Notes under the pieces: model-generated | The model's input: only the letters and a program-made list of their open reading frames with translations | Told to the model about the DNA's origin: nothing | The model's database searches: none | Shown here: piece by piece, positions 34,826 through 44,449 of the stretch | Layout of the letters: each line of letters starts with the position of its first letter | Position numbering within the stretch: the first letter of the stretch is position 1 | Position numbers and translations under genes: made by a program | Assembly: GCA_016182045.1 (NCBI GenBank) | Contig: JACOYE010000008.1 | Span: 502 to 64,501 of the forward strand | Length of the DNA: 64,000 nucleotides | From: Candidatus Microgenomates bacterium | GTDB lineage: Bacteria; Patescibacteriota; Microgenomatia; Daviesbacterales; UBA10151 | Direction: 5' to 3'

Positions 34826-37695
34826 GGAAATATCTCTTTCATTGGCGCTTGCCAGGCTTGTTGTAATCTGTCCATATCAACTGTAAATAATCCATCAACC
34901 ACCAACTTCTCATCCTGTGTAGTTTTTCCTAATATTTTGTAAGGCACTCCTTCAAATAATTTTTTAGCAGTTGTCTCATTTTCAACTTCCATTACAAAAC
35001 ATCCAGCTGTTTCATTAAGAAGAAAACCACCTCGAAGGTGGGCTTTCTTGTCCCGAGCGAAGTCGAGGGAGACTCCTTCGAGGTGAAGCCGAACCCCACA
35101 ATTTCCGCCAACACACATTTCAAAAATGGTTGTAATCAGGCCTCCTTCTGAAACATCATGGCATGCTAATACTTTTCCACTAACAATTGCTTTGTGCACT
35201 TTATCCAAAACCTTCGGTAAAACTTTCAAATCAACTCTGGGGATGCTACTTTCCAAATCCTGCTTACCAACCAGTACAATTGTTGACCCAGCTTTTTTAA
35301 AATCAGAAGAAACAGTTTTTTTAACATCAGGAATTTTGCCAAATACAGACATGCAAAGTGTTGGAGGACTGTGTATCACCACCCCACTAGAGCCACGATA
35401 TGTGGCAGATAAACTGTCTTTGCCAGAAATCACCGGAATCTTTAAAGTCTTCATAAAATCACAAACAGCATCTACTGATCTATCAAGCGACCACAACCAT
35501 TCTTTATCAGGAAACGGCCAAATATAGTTATTAACCAGCGATGCATCTTTGTAATTACCACCAACTGCCACATAATTAGAAATTGCCTCAGTTGCAGACC
35601 AGACACTTCCCCAATATGGATCCATCATGCTAAATTCAGGATTTAATCCATGAGAAACAACCATTCCATAGGGTTTATCCAAAAGCGGCTTAATTACTGC
35701 TGCATCATTTGGCCCATCCATTCCCACCCCTGCAAAAGGATGCAAAGCATTTGTTCCCTGAACATTATGATCATACATCCTCAAAATTGGCTCTTTTGAA
35801 TTAATATTTCCATTAGCTAAAACTTTCTCTAAAACCTTCGCCCAAACCATTTTGTCATTCCGAGCGATTAGCGAGGAATCTCTCAACTTGCCCGCCCTGA
35901 GCGAGGCCGAAGGGTTTGAGATACTCACATTCGTCAGAGATTCTTCACTTCGTTCAGAATGACGAGGAGAGATAGCTCTCATCACCCTTTGTGGCAATCC
36001 TTCAAACAAAAAACTCATTTCCAAATCTCCCACTTTTTCTTTTCCATAAAATACCTGTAATCTTTTACTGCCGTCAAACTCTGCAATCTCTGAAGCCTGG
36101 ACATTATATTTTTGACATATCTTTAAAAATTCTTTCAGATTATCTTTTGAAAGAATTATTAACATTCTTTCTTGAGATTCTGAAAGGAAAATTTCCCAAG
36201 GAGCAAGTCCTTGATATTTCAAGGGTGCCTTTTCCAAATGAACAGTCGCTCCAGTTTTTACTCCCATCTCACCAATAGCAGATGAAAATCCACCAGCTCC
36301 CAAATCTTGAACTGCCCTTATTAAATCTTTATCCCGCGCTTCTAAAATTGCATCAAATACTCTTTTTTCCTCAATTGCATTTCCAATTTGCACAGCTTGG
36401 GAGTTAACTTCCATGGTTTTTTCACTCATCTCAGCAGAGGAAAAAGTGGCTCCGTGTATTCCATCTCTTCCCGTCCTTCCTCCGATAACCACCCCTACAT
36501 CACCAATTTTTGGATAGCCTTTTTTAGCTTTACTTTTAGGTAAAATTCCATATGATCCAACCAGTACAATTGGTTTGGCTCGAAAATCCTCATGAAAATG
36601 AAATGAACCATTATTTGTAGGTATCCCCACTCTATTGCCATAATCCCTAACAGCAGCCACTACTCTTTTTAACATATAGTCAGGAGGCAATGTCCCGGCA
36701 GGTAATTTACTTTTATCTAAATCATAAGGAGCAAGACAAAAAATATCTGTTGATACCAAACTTTTTGCGCCCTGGCCTGTTGCTACCACATCTCTAAAAA
36801 CTCCACCAGATCCAGTCATTGCCCCACCATATGGTTCTATTGCAGAGGGTGCATTATGAGTTTCTGCTTTTCCATTAATTGCCCAACCTTCATAAAAATC
36901 CATCACCCCTGCATTGTCCACAAACGCTGAGACAATATTTTTGTTATGTTTCAGCGCTTCCTTTTTAATTCTTTCAAAAAGCGGTGCCTTGTTTTTCCCA
37001 TCAACTAAAAGTCTTGCTTTAAAAGTTTTATGAGCACAATGTTCACTCCAAGTTTGGGCTAGAGTCTCAAGTTCTAAATCTGTGGGATCTCTTTTTATCT
37101 TTTGAAAATAATTTTGTATCACTTTCATCTCTTCTAAATTTAAAAACAACTTATCTTTTGAAAGTTCTAATAGCTGTTCATCATTGATCCGCCTTAGGCG
37201 GATAATATTCGTTTTTGCAGGAATGTCTTTGATAAGAAGAGTCTTTTGTTTCTCCTTCACAAAATGCTCAACCATTTCATTAAGAAGATGCAATTTCCTG
37301 GCAATATCCTCTATCTCTTGATGTGTTACTTTTCCATAAAAGCCATATTCATGAGAGGAGTCAGCTGCAATAAGTTTAATTCCCAAATCCTCTGCAGTTT
37401 TAAGAATTGACCCAACTTCTGGATTCATTACACCTGGTCTGTAAGCAATCTCTATAATCTGATTTGCTCCTTTTATTATTGGAGAGTTTAAAGTATATTC
37501 CTGATAAATACCTTCACAAAAAACTGTCTCCGCTAAAACTTTTGCCTCTCTCTCGCTTACACCTTCCAATCTATAAACTTTGGCAGTCTCCACTTTTGTG
37601 ATGTTTTTGATTCCCATCTGATAAATGTCATTTAAAACTCCCTCACCAATCAGGTCTTTTCCCATAACATTTTTTACTCTGATTATATGTATCAT
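34822..37695 (-). CDS. purL: phosphoribosylformylglycinamidine synthase large subunit (PurL) with a ~185-aa N-terminal extension of PurS-like modules and two repeat-derived in-frame inserts
   Basis: Core PurL motifs (WSEHCAHKTF, GGRTGRDGIHGATFSS, AIGEMG). The N-terminal region resembles PurS twice. Inserts lie at 35854-35963 and 35049-35095. Confidence 0.85.
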   Translation of the reverse strand: MIHIIRVKNVMGKDLIGEGVLNDIYQMGIKNITKVETAKVYRLEGVSEREAKVLAETVFCEGIYQEYTLNSPIIKGANQIIEIAYRPGVMNPEVGSILKTAEDLGIKLIAADSSHEYGFYGKVTHQEIEDIARKLHLLNEMVEHFVKEKQKTLLIKDIPAKTNIIRLRRINDEQLLELSKDKLFLNLEEMKVIQNYFQKIKRDPTDLELETLAQTWSEHCAHKTFKARLLVDGKNKAPLFERIKKEALKHNKNIVSAFVDNAGVMDFYEGWAINGKAETHNAPSAIEPYGGAMTGSGGVFRDVVATGQGAKSLVSTDIFCLAPYDLDKSKLPAGTLPPDYMLKRVVAAVRDYGNRVGIPTNNGSFHFHEDFRAKPIVLVGSYGILPKSKAKKGYPKIGDVGVVIGGRTGRDGIHGATFSSAEMSEKTMEVNSQAVQIGNAIEEKRVFDAILEARDKDLIRAVQDLGAGGFSSAIGEMGVKTGATVHLEKAPLKYQGLAPWEIFLSESQERMLIILSKDNLKEFLKICQKYNVQASEIAEFDGSKRLQVFYGKEKVGDLEMSFLFEGLPQRVMRAISPRHSERSEESLTNVSISNPSASLRAGKLRDSSLIARNDKMVWAKVLEKVLANGNINSKEPILRMYDHNVQGTNALHPFAGVGMDGPNDAAVIKPLLDKPYGMVVSHGLNPEFSMMDPYWGSVWSATEAISNYVAVGGNYKDASLVNNYIWPFPDKEWLWSLDRSVDAVCDFMKTLKIPVISGKDSLSATYRGSSGVVIHSPPTLCMSVFGKIPDVKKTVSSDFKKAGSTIVLVGKQDLESSIPRVDLKVLPKVLDKVHKAIVSGKVLACHDVSEGGLITTIFEMCVGGNCGVRLHLEGVSLDFARDKKAHLRGGFLLNETAGCFVMEVENETTAKKLFEGVPYKILGKTTQDEKLVVDGLFTVDMDRLQQAWQAPMKEIFP
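35049..35095. repeat. GC-rich repeat copy in frame near the PurL C-terminus (encodes ..GVRLHLEGVSLDFARDK..)
   Basis: TCCCGAGCGAAGTCGAGGGAGACTCCTTCGAGG; its core matches the 34149-34175 element. Confidence 0.5.
35854..35963. repeat. composite (nested) GC-rich palindromic element in frame in purL, adding about 37 aa (ISPRHSERSEESLTNVSISNPSASLRAGKLRDSSLIARNDK)
   Basis: Outer termini are GTCATTCCGAGCG...CGTTCAGAATGAC. The inner unit CGCCCTGAGCGAGGCCGAAGGGTTTG matches the purQ copy. Confidence 0.65.
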
Positions 37696-39032
37696 TGCTT
37701 CACCCTTTCTATGTCACGCCAACCAATGTCAGTACGATAATGCAGGTTATCTCCTTCAATACTAATTAGGGATATTGCCTTGTATACTTTTTCCCTGGCA
37801 GCGATTACATCCTTTCCATCAGCCATTACATAAAATACACGCCCACCATTTACCACCCAATCTTTTCCATCTCTTTTAATCCCTGCTCCATAAACTTTTA
37901 CTCCACTTTTAATTGCTTTATCAATACCAAAAACCTTTTTTCCTTTAACAGATAAATAATCAATCGGATAACCTTTTGCTGTCCCAGCCACCACAACTCT
38001 CACTTTGTTATCAATCTCCAATTTAAGATTTTTTATCTGACCAAAAATTATGGCATCAGCAACTTCTATAAAATCATTTTTTATGGACGGAAGAATAACT
38101 TGGGCTTCCGGGTCTCCCCATCTGGCATTAAATTCTATAACATACACATTTCCATTAATTACCATTCCTCCTAAATATAAAACTCCGATATATGGTCTGC
38201 CTTCTTGTCTTAAACCATCAACAGTTTTTTGAAAGATTTTTGATATTTTATTTTTGATATTTGCATTTACTATTAAAGGATTTGAGACACAACCCATACC
38301 ACCAGTGTTTGGACCTAAATCTCCATCATTAACTCTCTTGTAATCTTGTGCATATCCCACTACTTTAAAATTTTTCCCATCACATAAAGCAAAAGCAGAA
38401 AACTCCTCACCTTCCAACCACTCTTCTAAAAGATAAGTTTCTCCGCTTTTACCAAACTTTGACATTTTTCTGATTGCATCAATAGCCTCATTTGCATTCT
38501 TTGCTCCAATAGCTCCTTTTCCTTCAGCTAACCCGGATGCTTTTACAAACCAACTTCTTTTGGGATAATTTTTAACAAACTTTATTCCTTCTTTCTCTGT
38601 ATAAAAAATTTTATATTTAGGTATAGGGATTAAATATCCTCCCACGAATGATCTTGCCCAGGCTTTATCCCACTCAATTTGTCCAGCGAGCTTAGTCGGT
38701 CCAATAACTGGAACTCCGTTTAACATTAAAGCATCTACTAATCCAGCCTCTACCGCATTATCTTGTGCCACATCCACCAAATCCACTTTTTCCTCTCTTG
38801 CAATTTGCAAAATCTCAGCAACCGAATTGGTTTTAAGATTTTGATATGTCACAACATGCTTTCTAGTATTAATCTGCATTAAATCATTCCCGGGCACCAC
38901 CAAAATTTTCCCTACCTGTTTTGACTGCCCATATTTATCCACTAAAGCAGCTCCTCTCCCCCCGCCATCTATAATCAAAATGGTTTTTCTATTTTTTTTA
39001 GCTTCAAATTGTTTCATTGTTATCGCGGCCAC
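37692..39032 (-). CDS. purD: phosphoribosylamine--glycine ligase
   Basis: ILIIDGGGRGAALV, an ATP-grasp body and the GPNTGGMG motif. Confidence 0.9.
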   Translation of the reverse strand: MAAITMKQFEAKKNRKTILIIDGGGRGAALVDKYGQSKQVGKILVVPGNDLMQINTRKHVVTYQNLKTNSVAEILQIAREEKVDLVDVAQDNAVEAGLVDALMLNGVPVIGPTKLAGQIEWDKAWARSFVGGYLIPIPKYKIFYTEKEGIKFVKNYPKRSWFVKASGLAEGKGAIGAKNANEAIDAIRKMSKFGKSGETYLLEEWLEGEEFSAFALCDGKNFKVVGYAQDYKRVNDGDLGPNTGGMGCVSNPLIVNANIKNKISKIFQKTVDGLRQEGRPYIGVLYLGGMVINGNVYVIEFNARWGDPEAQVILPSIKNDFIEVADAIIFGQIKNLKLEIDNKVRVVVAGTAKGYPIDYLSVKGKKVFGIDKAIKSGVKVYGAGIKRDGKDWVVNGGRVFYVMADGKDVIAAREKVYKAISLISIEGDNLHYRTDIGWRDIERVKQ

Positions 39033-39036
39033 TTAA

Positions 39037-39651
39037 CTAATGATGTTTTTTGCTATTACATATTTTTACCAGAACATCTACATATAATCGATTCTCTTTT
39101 TTCTTAAGTCTCTTATATAAGGATTCTACAGTATCACCTTTCTTAATTTTCTTAAAACATCTTCCAAGTACAGGACCAAAGTCAAATTCATCAGATAAAA
39201 AATGATTAGTACATCCGGCATAAGTGGCTTTATTGTCCAAGAAATTTTGGATTGCTTTATCAGTCATTTTACCTTTATTCCATAAGGCATCTGTACCATC
39301 CGGATTTTTAACTACCCCATCTAAAGTGTCTGGAATCAGCCCCGGGTGTGTGTTTAAAATTCTGTTTGGAAATGCCTCTATTACTTCATCCAAAATAATC
39401 TGCTTCCATCCAGCAAGACAGATATAATCTGGATTTAATTTTTTCAAGGTTGATAAGAGATCTTCTTTTTTAGGGATTATCTTAATTGGAAGTTTATTTT
39501 TTCTGGCTCTTTCTAACCCAAAAGCCTTCGGAGTATCAGATATTACAGCAATAATTTTTGCATTAATTTTCTTAGAGTTTACTCCATCAATAATTGCTTG
39601 AAGATTAGTACCTGTACCCTTATTAGAAATCAGAATTACCAGCCGTTTCAT
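39037..39651 (-). CDS. purN: phosphoribosylglycinamide formyltransferase (start placed at the internal MKRLVIL; the longer ORF to 39723 overlaps purF)
   Basis: MKRLVILISNKGTGTNLQAII...NTHPGLIP (the NxHPS-like motif) ...D. Confidence 0.8.
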   Translation of the reverse strand: MKRLVILISNKGTGTNLQAIIDGVNSKKINAKIIAVISDTPKAFGLERARKNKLPIKIIPKKEDLLSTLKKLNPDYICLAGWKQIILDEVIEAFPNRILNTHPGLIPDTLDGVVKNPDGTDALWNKGKMTDKAIQNFLDNKATYAGCTNHFLSDEFDFGPVLGRCFKKIKKGDTVESLYKRLKKKENRLYVDVLVKICNSKKHH

Positions 39652-41048
39652 CCTACTTTCTTTATCTGCCTTGCCCTTTCTCCAATATCTACCGGATATA
39701 TGCCAGTAAAACAGGAGGTGCAAAGATTATCCTCAGGTATCCCAACTGCTTTAAGCAGCCCTTGATAAGAAAGGTAGTGCAAAGAGTCAGCCCCAATTTC
39801 TTTTTCAATTTCTTTAACAGGTTTTTTTGAAGCAATAAGGTCAACTTGTCTTGGTGTATCAATACCATAAAAATCTGGATATTTAACTGGCGGAGAAGAT
39901 ATTAAAAGGTGAACCTCTTTTGCACCTGCTGATTTAATCATTTTGATAAGCTCTTTTGAGGTGGTACCTCTGACAATTGAATCATCCACAACTGCAACTC
40001 TTTTTCCTTTTAAAATGTGCTTCATTGGGTTGAGTTTAAGCCTTACTCCCACATTCCGGGTATGTTCCTCAGGCATGATAAAAGTTCTGTGGATGTAACG
40101 ATTCTTAATAAGGCCTGGATAAAAAGGAATCCCTGAGGCCCGCGAAAAACCTAAGGCAGCAGGAATTGCTGAATCAGGAACCGGTATCACAATATCCGCC
40201 TCAATCTTATTTTCTTTGGCCAGTTGCTCTCCCAAATTTTGGCGAACTTCATCTACACTTTTCCCCAATAAATAGGAGTCTGGTCTGGCAAAATAAACAA
40301 ATTCAAATACATCTAATTTTGATTGCCCTTTTTCAAGTTGGATACTTTTTAATCCGGATTCATCAAGAACTATCATCTCCCCTGGTCTAACATCTCTTAC
40401 AAACTTTGCTCCAATAATATCCAGAGCGCAAGATTCAGACGCAACTACATACCCTCTATTCAACTGCCCCAGACAAAGAGGCCTTATTCCAAAAGCATCT
40501 CTTAAAGCAACAACCTTACTCTTATCCATGATCAGAAGGCAAAAGACTCCACTGAAAAGAGGGTAAGCCTTTTTTACTGCATCCTCCAAAGAAAGGCCAG
40601 AAGATATAAAGTAGGCTATGGCTTTTGTCATCATTTCTGAATCATTCAAACCTGAAAATGAAATTTTTCTGGACTTCAAAAATTCTTCTAGTTTTTTGGC
40701 GGAGGGAAGATTGCCGTTGTGAACCAAAGCAAGTAGTCCTTTACCGTTAATTTTCTCTACAACAGGCTGAGCATGTTTAGAAATAGAAGCACCAGATGTT
40801 GAGTAACGGTTATGGCCAATTGCCATATGTCCCTTAAGAAAACGTAAATTTTCCTCAGAAAAAACGTGAGCCACCAAACCCATACCTTTGTGGACATAAA
40901 CTTTCTTACCATCAGATGAAGCAATTCCTGAAGATTCTTGACCTCTGTGTTGAAGGGCCCAAAGGCCTGGGTGAATTAAACGGGCCGCCTCAAATCCCCC
41001 ACCTACTACTCCAAATATTCCACATTTTTCCTTGATGTGCTTTCCCAT
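39648..41048 (-). CDS. purF: amidophosphoribosyltransferase
   Basis: Ntn-hydrolase N-terminus ...KCGIFGV and the PRTase motif VVDDSIVRGTT. Confidence 0.9.
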   Translation of the reverse strand: MGKHIKEKCGIFGVVGGGFEAARLIHPGLWALQHRGQESSGIASSDGKKVYVHKGMGLVAHVFSEENLRFLKGHMAIGHNRYSTSGASISKHAQPVVEKINGKGLLALVHNGNLPSAKKLEEFLKSRKISFSGLNDSEMMTKAIAYFISSGLSLEDAVKKAYPLFSGVFCLLIMDKSKVVALRDAFGIRPLCLGQLNRGYVVASESCALDIIGAKFVRDVRPGEMIVLDESGLKSIQLEKGQSKLDVFEFVYFARPDSYLLGKSVDEVRQNLGEQLAKENKIEADIVIPVPDSAIPAALGFSRASGIPFYPGLIKNRYIHRTFIMPEEHTRNVGVRLKLNPMKHILKGKRVAVVDDSIVRGTTSKELIKMIKSAGAKEVHLLISSPPVKYPDFYGIDTPRQVDLIASKKPVKEIEKEIGADSLHYLSYQGLLKAVGIPEDNLCTSCFTGIYPVDIGERARQIKKVG

Positions 41049-41102
41049 AACCTAATATAACGTTTTCTTCCTTTTAAGTCAAGTACTTGATATACTAAAA
41101 AC

Positions 41103-41468
41103 ATGGATCAAAAAAGATTTCATGTTCTCTCTTTTAAATATGCTTTTCAAGGAATTGTTGCTGCTTTAAAAGAAGAGCCAAATTTAAAATTTCACCTTCT
41201 TTCTGCTTTGGCAGTCGTAATTTTATCTTTAATCTTAAAAATTTCCAGAACTGATTGGATTTTAGTAATTCTTTTGTTTGGATTGGTGATTTCCGTGGAA
41301 CTGACAAATACTGCCATTGAGGCAGTTGTTGATTCATTTACAGATAAAGAGCATCCGGCCGCCAAAATGGCTAAAGACATCTCTGCCGGGGCAGTATTGG
41401 TTGTTGCCGCAACCTCAACCATTGCCGGTATTATCATATTCCTGCCATATTTACTGGCACTCCTCTAG
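41103..41468 (+). CDS. dgkA: diacylglycerol kinase / undecaprenol kinase (DgkA family)
   Basis: ELTNTAIEAVVD signature and three transmembrane helices; 121 aa. Confidence 0.8.
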   Translation: MDQKRFHVLSFKYAFQGIVAALKEEPNLKFHLLSALAVVILSLILKISRTDWILVILLFGLVISVELTNTAIEAVVDSFTDKEHPAAKMAKDISAGAVLVVAATSTIAGIIIFLPYLLALL

Positions 41469-42538
41469 TCTCTTTTTTCAGGAGATACTGAAACATTTTC
41501 GGGATTAGGTTTTATCTTCTCCTTAAGTTCACTGAATTCTCTAACTTGCTCACCATTAGCTTCTAAGATAACTGATCTGGGATAGTACATTTCATATCTT
41601 TTTCCAAAAGCCATTTCCAAAAATTCTTTTGGATAATTACTCAGGTAATCCAAACAGAAATTTTTACCCTGCCTAAGCCACTCTGATATGGACATATGTC
41701 TTCCATATAGAAATCCAAAGTTTGGCTTTTCCATTCCCAGCATCTTTGATCCCCTTTCTTCTTCTACGTATCTTAGTGCTTTATATGCAACCAAAGCGTT
41801 CGTATGGGTCATTATTAAATCTTCTGGATGAGCTATCTCCACAAAAAAAAGCATTTTTCTTGCCTGTTCAGCCCAAGGTTCTCTAAGTAATTCTTGCCAT
41901 TTGTAGAGCTCGTCTTTAATGATTGCTGGTAATGACCACAAAGCAACTGCTCCCCAAAATAATCTTTTTGCAAATCCAAAAGATTCTCTTCTATCAATTT
42001 TATTTGAAGGATTATCAAGAGCAATTAAGGCTCCATAAACTGCCAGACCCCAGTACGCCTCTTTAAAAATATTCCTGCTTAAAATCAAAGAGGCAGGTAC
42101 GGGAATATCTGCCAAAATAATAGGGATGTTGTCCTCATTTAACTTACGTTTAAATTCTCCGTTGGGAATAACCTCCTCTATAAGACGGTCGCGTCGAACA
42201 GTAACTTCTACTTCTTCTGATGATTTGTCTGAAACCCCTAAATACCCATTCATACCAATCTCTAAGAACAATCCGTCACTAAAATGGTGTTCTTTTGGCA
42301 ACATTAGATGTTGTCTAAACCCATCTTTGCTGTGTAAAGATTGCCAAATTACAAAATCTGCATCCCTTGTAGAAATTTCCTCGGGATAGACTGGTGAATC
42401 TTTTTCTTGTCTAGGTTCTGTCAGGCGAGTAAGGATGTTAATAGCAGGTGGAGTCAAGAATGGAGTGTTGCGCGCGACAACACTAGCTGTACCAACCACA
42501 GCACTAATAGAAGATTTTAAAAAAGCTCTCCTGTTCAT
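41465..42538 (-). CDS. hypothetical exported protein with a twin-arginine-like signal (MNRRAFLKSS)
   Basis: RR motif plus a hydrophobic h-region; no catalytic motif recognised. Confidence 0.5.
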   Translation of the reverse strand: MNRRAFLKSSISAVVGTASVVARNTPFLTPPAINILTRLTEPRQEKDSPVYPEEISTRDADFVIWQSLHSKDGFRQHLMLPKEHHFSDGLFLEIGMNGYLGVSDKSSEEVEVTVRRDRLIEEVIPNGEFKRKLNEDNIPIILADIPVPASLILSRNIFKEAYWGLAVYGALIALDNPSNKIDRRESFGFAKRLFWGAVALWSLPAIIKDELYKWQELLREPWAEQARKMLFFVEIAHPEDLIMTHTNALVAYKALRYVEEERGSKMLGMEKPNFGFLYGRHMSISEWLRQGKNFCLDYLSNYPKEFLEMAFGKRYEMYYPRSVILEANGEQVREFSELKEKIKPNPENVSVSPEKRD

Positions 42539-42655
42539 TTGTTTATGAGCAGAGAGCAGTTATAAAAACCTATAATAACCTATACTAGGATTAAATTGCA
42601 AGATAGGAGTTAAAATTTCTGTTATACTAAATATAATAACCAATTTTATACTGAC

Positions 42656-43186
42656 ATGGACAATGAAGCCTTGTTTTTTACCATATTCAACTTAGCTGGT
42701 AAAAATCCAGCACTGGATACTTTAATGATTTTTGGTGCAAGATTTTTAATTTATCTAACATTTTTGTTGATGTTTGTTTTAGCTTTTAAAGGTGGTGCCA
42801 AAGAAAGAAAGGTTATTATATTGGTACTCTTATCCCTGCCATTAGTTTTTTTAATTATCGCTGTAATCCACTTATTTTTTATTGAACCAAGGCCTTTTAT
42901 CAGTTACCAATTTACTCCACTTATTCCATTCCCATTTATAAATGATCCTTCATTTCCATCAAGACATGCATCTATTATATCGGCCATTGCTTTTTCATAT
43001 TATTATTTCAAATCCAAATGGGCGCCTCTTTTTTTTATATTTGCAATCTGGGTTGGAGTATCGAGAATTTATGTTGGTGTACACTATCCTCTGGATATTT
43101 TAGGAGGAGTTATGGTCGGTATTGTTTCTTTAATAATCACCAAACAAATTGTCAAGTTTCTAAAGATCAGGTTTGGCCTCGGCTAA
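42656..43186 (+). CDS. PAP2-family phosphatase (undecaprenyl-diphosphatase-like)
   Basis: PAP2 motifs PSRH and SRIYVGVHYPLDILGG. Confidence 0.75.
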   Translation: MDNEALFFTIFNLAGKNPALDTLMIFGARFLIYLTFLLMFVLAFKGGAKERKVIILVLLSLPLVFLIIAVIHLFFIEPRPFISYQFTPLIPFPFINDPSFPSRHASIISAIAFSYYYFKSKWAPLFFIFAIWVGVSRIYVGVHYPLDILGGVMVGIVSLIITKQIVKFLKIRFGLG

Positions 43187-44449
43187 TCTTTGCAGAGCTA
43201 AAATATAGGCAGCTGTTCTAAGATCTACTTTTTTCTCTTTGTATATTTTCCAAACTTTCTCAAATGCTTTAACCATTTTTTCTTTTAAACCACGATTTAC
43301 TTTCTCTAAACTCCATTTCTCTGAATGGATATTTTGATACCATTCAAAATATGAAACAATCACTCCCCCTGCATTATTTAAAACATCCGGTACTACCAAA
43401 ATCCCTCTTTTATTTAAGATTTGATCTGCTTCAGCAGTTGTTGGACCATTAGCCATTTCAAAAAGTATTTTAGCTTTTATTTTTGAAGCATTTTTGGAAG
43501 TGATGACGTTCTCTATAGCAGCAGGGATCAAAATATCTACCGGCAACTCCAAAAGCTCCTCATTGGTGATGATTCCATCTTCATATTTTTTTGCCAAATC
43601 ACAAACAGAACCAATACAATAACACCCCGCAAACATCCCTTTTTCCAATCTACATTCTCTGACCAAATCAATATTAAATCCGGTGTTTGAACTGTCATAA
43701 ATTCCTCCTTTCACATCTGAAACAGCTACTACCTTGTATCCATAATCATGCAGTATACCTGCCATATTGGATCCCACATTTCCAAAACCTTGTATGGCCA
43801 CTGTTAAAGGCTTTTTTACTCCCACCCTTTTAATTAATTCTTCCAAAACAAAAAAACCGCCCATCCCGGTTGATTGCTCTCTTCCCTTTGACCCATCATT
43901 TTGCAAAGATTTGCCAGTAACTACAGCCTTTAATTGATCTTTATTTTCTACATTTTGCTTCTTGTCTTTCACTTCAATGTACTCGTCGGCAAACCAGTCC
44001 ATAATTTTTGAATTGGTATTTACATCCGGTGCCGGTATATCCCTCATCGGACCAATATTTGGGGCAAGCTCTTTGGCAAAAAGCCTTGTTAAGCGTTCCA
44101 ACTCCTTTTCCGATAAACTTTTGGGGTCTATTGCCAAACCCCCTTTTGCTCCACCAAAGGGCACATCAACAATGGCATTTTTAATCACCATCAAAAGTGC
44201 CAAGAATTTTATTTCATCCATATTAACATCCTGATGATAACGTAAGCCTCCTTTGTAAGGACCTAATAAATTATTATATTGGACTCTATAGCCTTTAATT
44301 ATTTCTACCTCACCGGAATCTTTTTTGAAGGAAAAGTTAAGTGTTATTGTCCTTTCGGGGAAAGATAATTGATCAATGAAATATGGGGGGAGATTGATAT
44401 ATTTGGCTCCCCTTTTAAGCTGTGTTAGCGCTGAGTTAAAAACATTCAT
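43160..44449 (-). CDS. gdhA: NAD(P)-specific glutamate dehydrogenase
   Basis: GGAKGGLAIDPK (catalytic Lys region) and the GFGNVGS Rossmann motif. Confidence 0.9.
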   Translation of the reverse strand: MNVFNSALTQLKRGAKYINLPPYFIDQLSFPERTITLNFSFKKDSGEVEIIKGYRVQYNNLLGPYKGGLRYHQDVNMDEIKFLALLMVIKNAIVDVPFGGAKGGLAIDPKSLSEKELERLTRLFAKELAPNIGPMRDIPAPDVNTNSKIMDWFADEYIEVKDKKQNVENKDQLKAVVTGKSLQNDGSKGREQSTGMGGFFVLEELIKRVGVKKPLTVAIQGFGNVGSNMAGILHDYGYKVVAVSDVKGGIYDSSNTGFNIDLVRECRLEKGMFAGCYCIGSVCDLAKKYEDGIITNEELLELPVDILIPAAIENVITSKNASKIKAKILFEMANGPTTAEADQILNKRGILVVPDVLNNAGGVIVSYFEWYQNIHSEKWSLEKVNRGLKEKMVKAFEKVWKIYKEKKVDLRTAAYILALQRLAEAKPDL

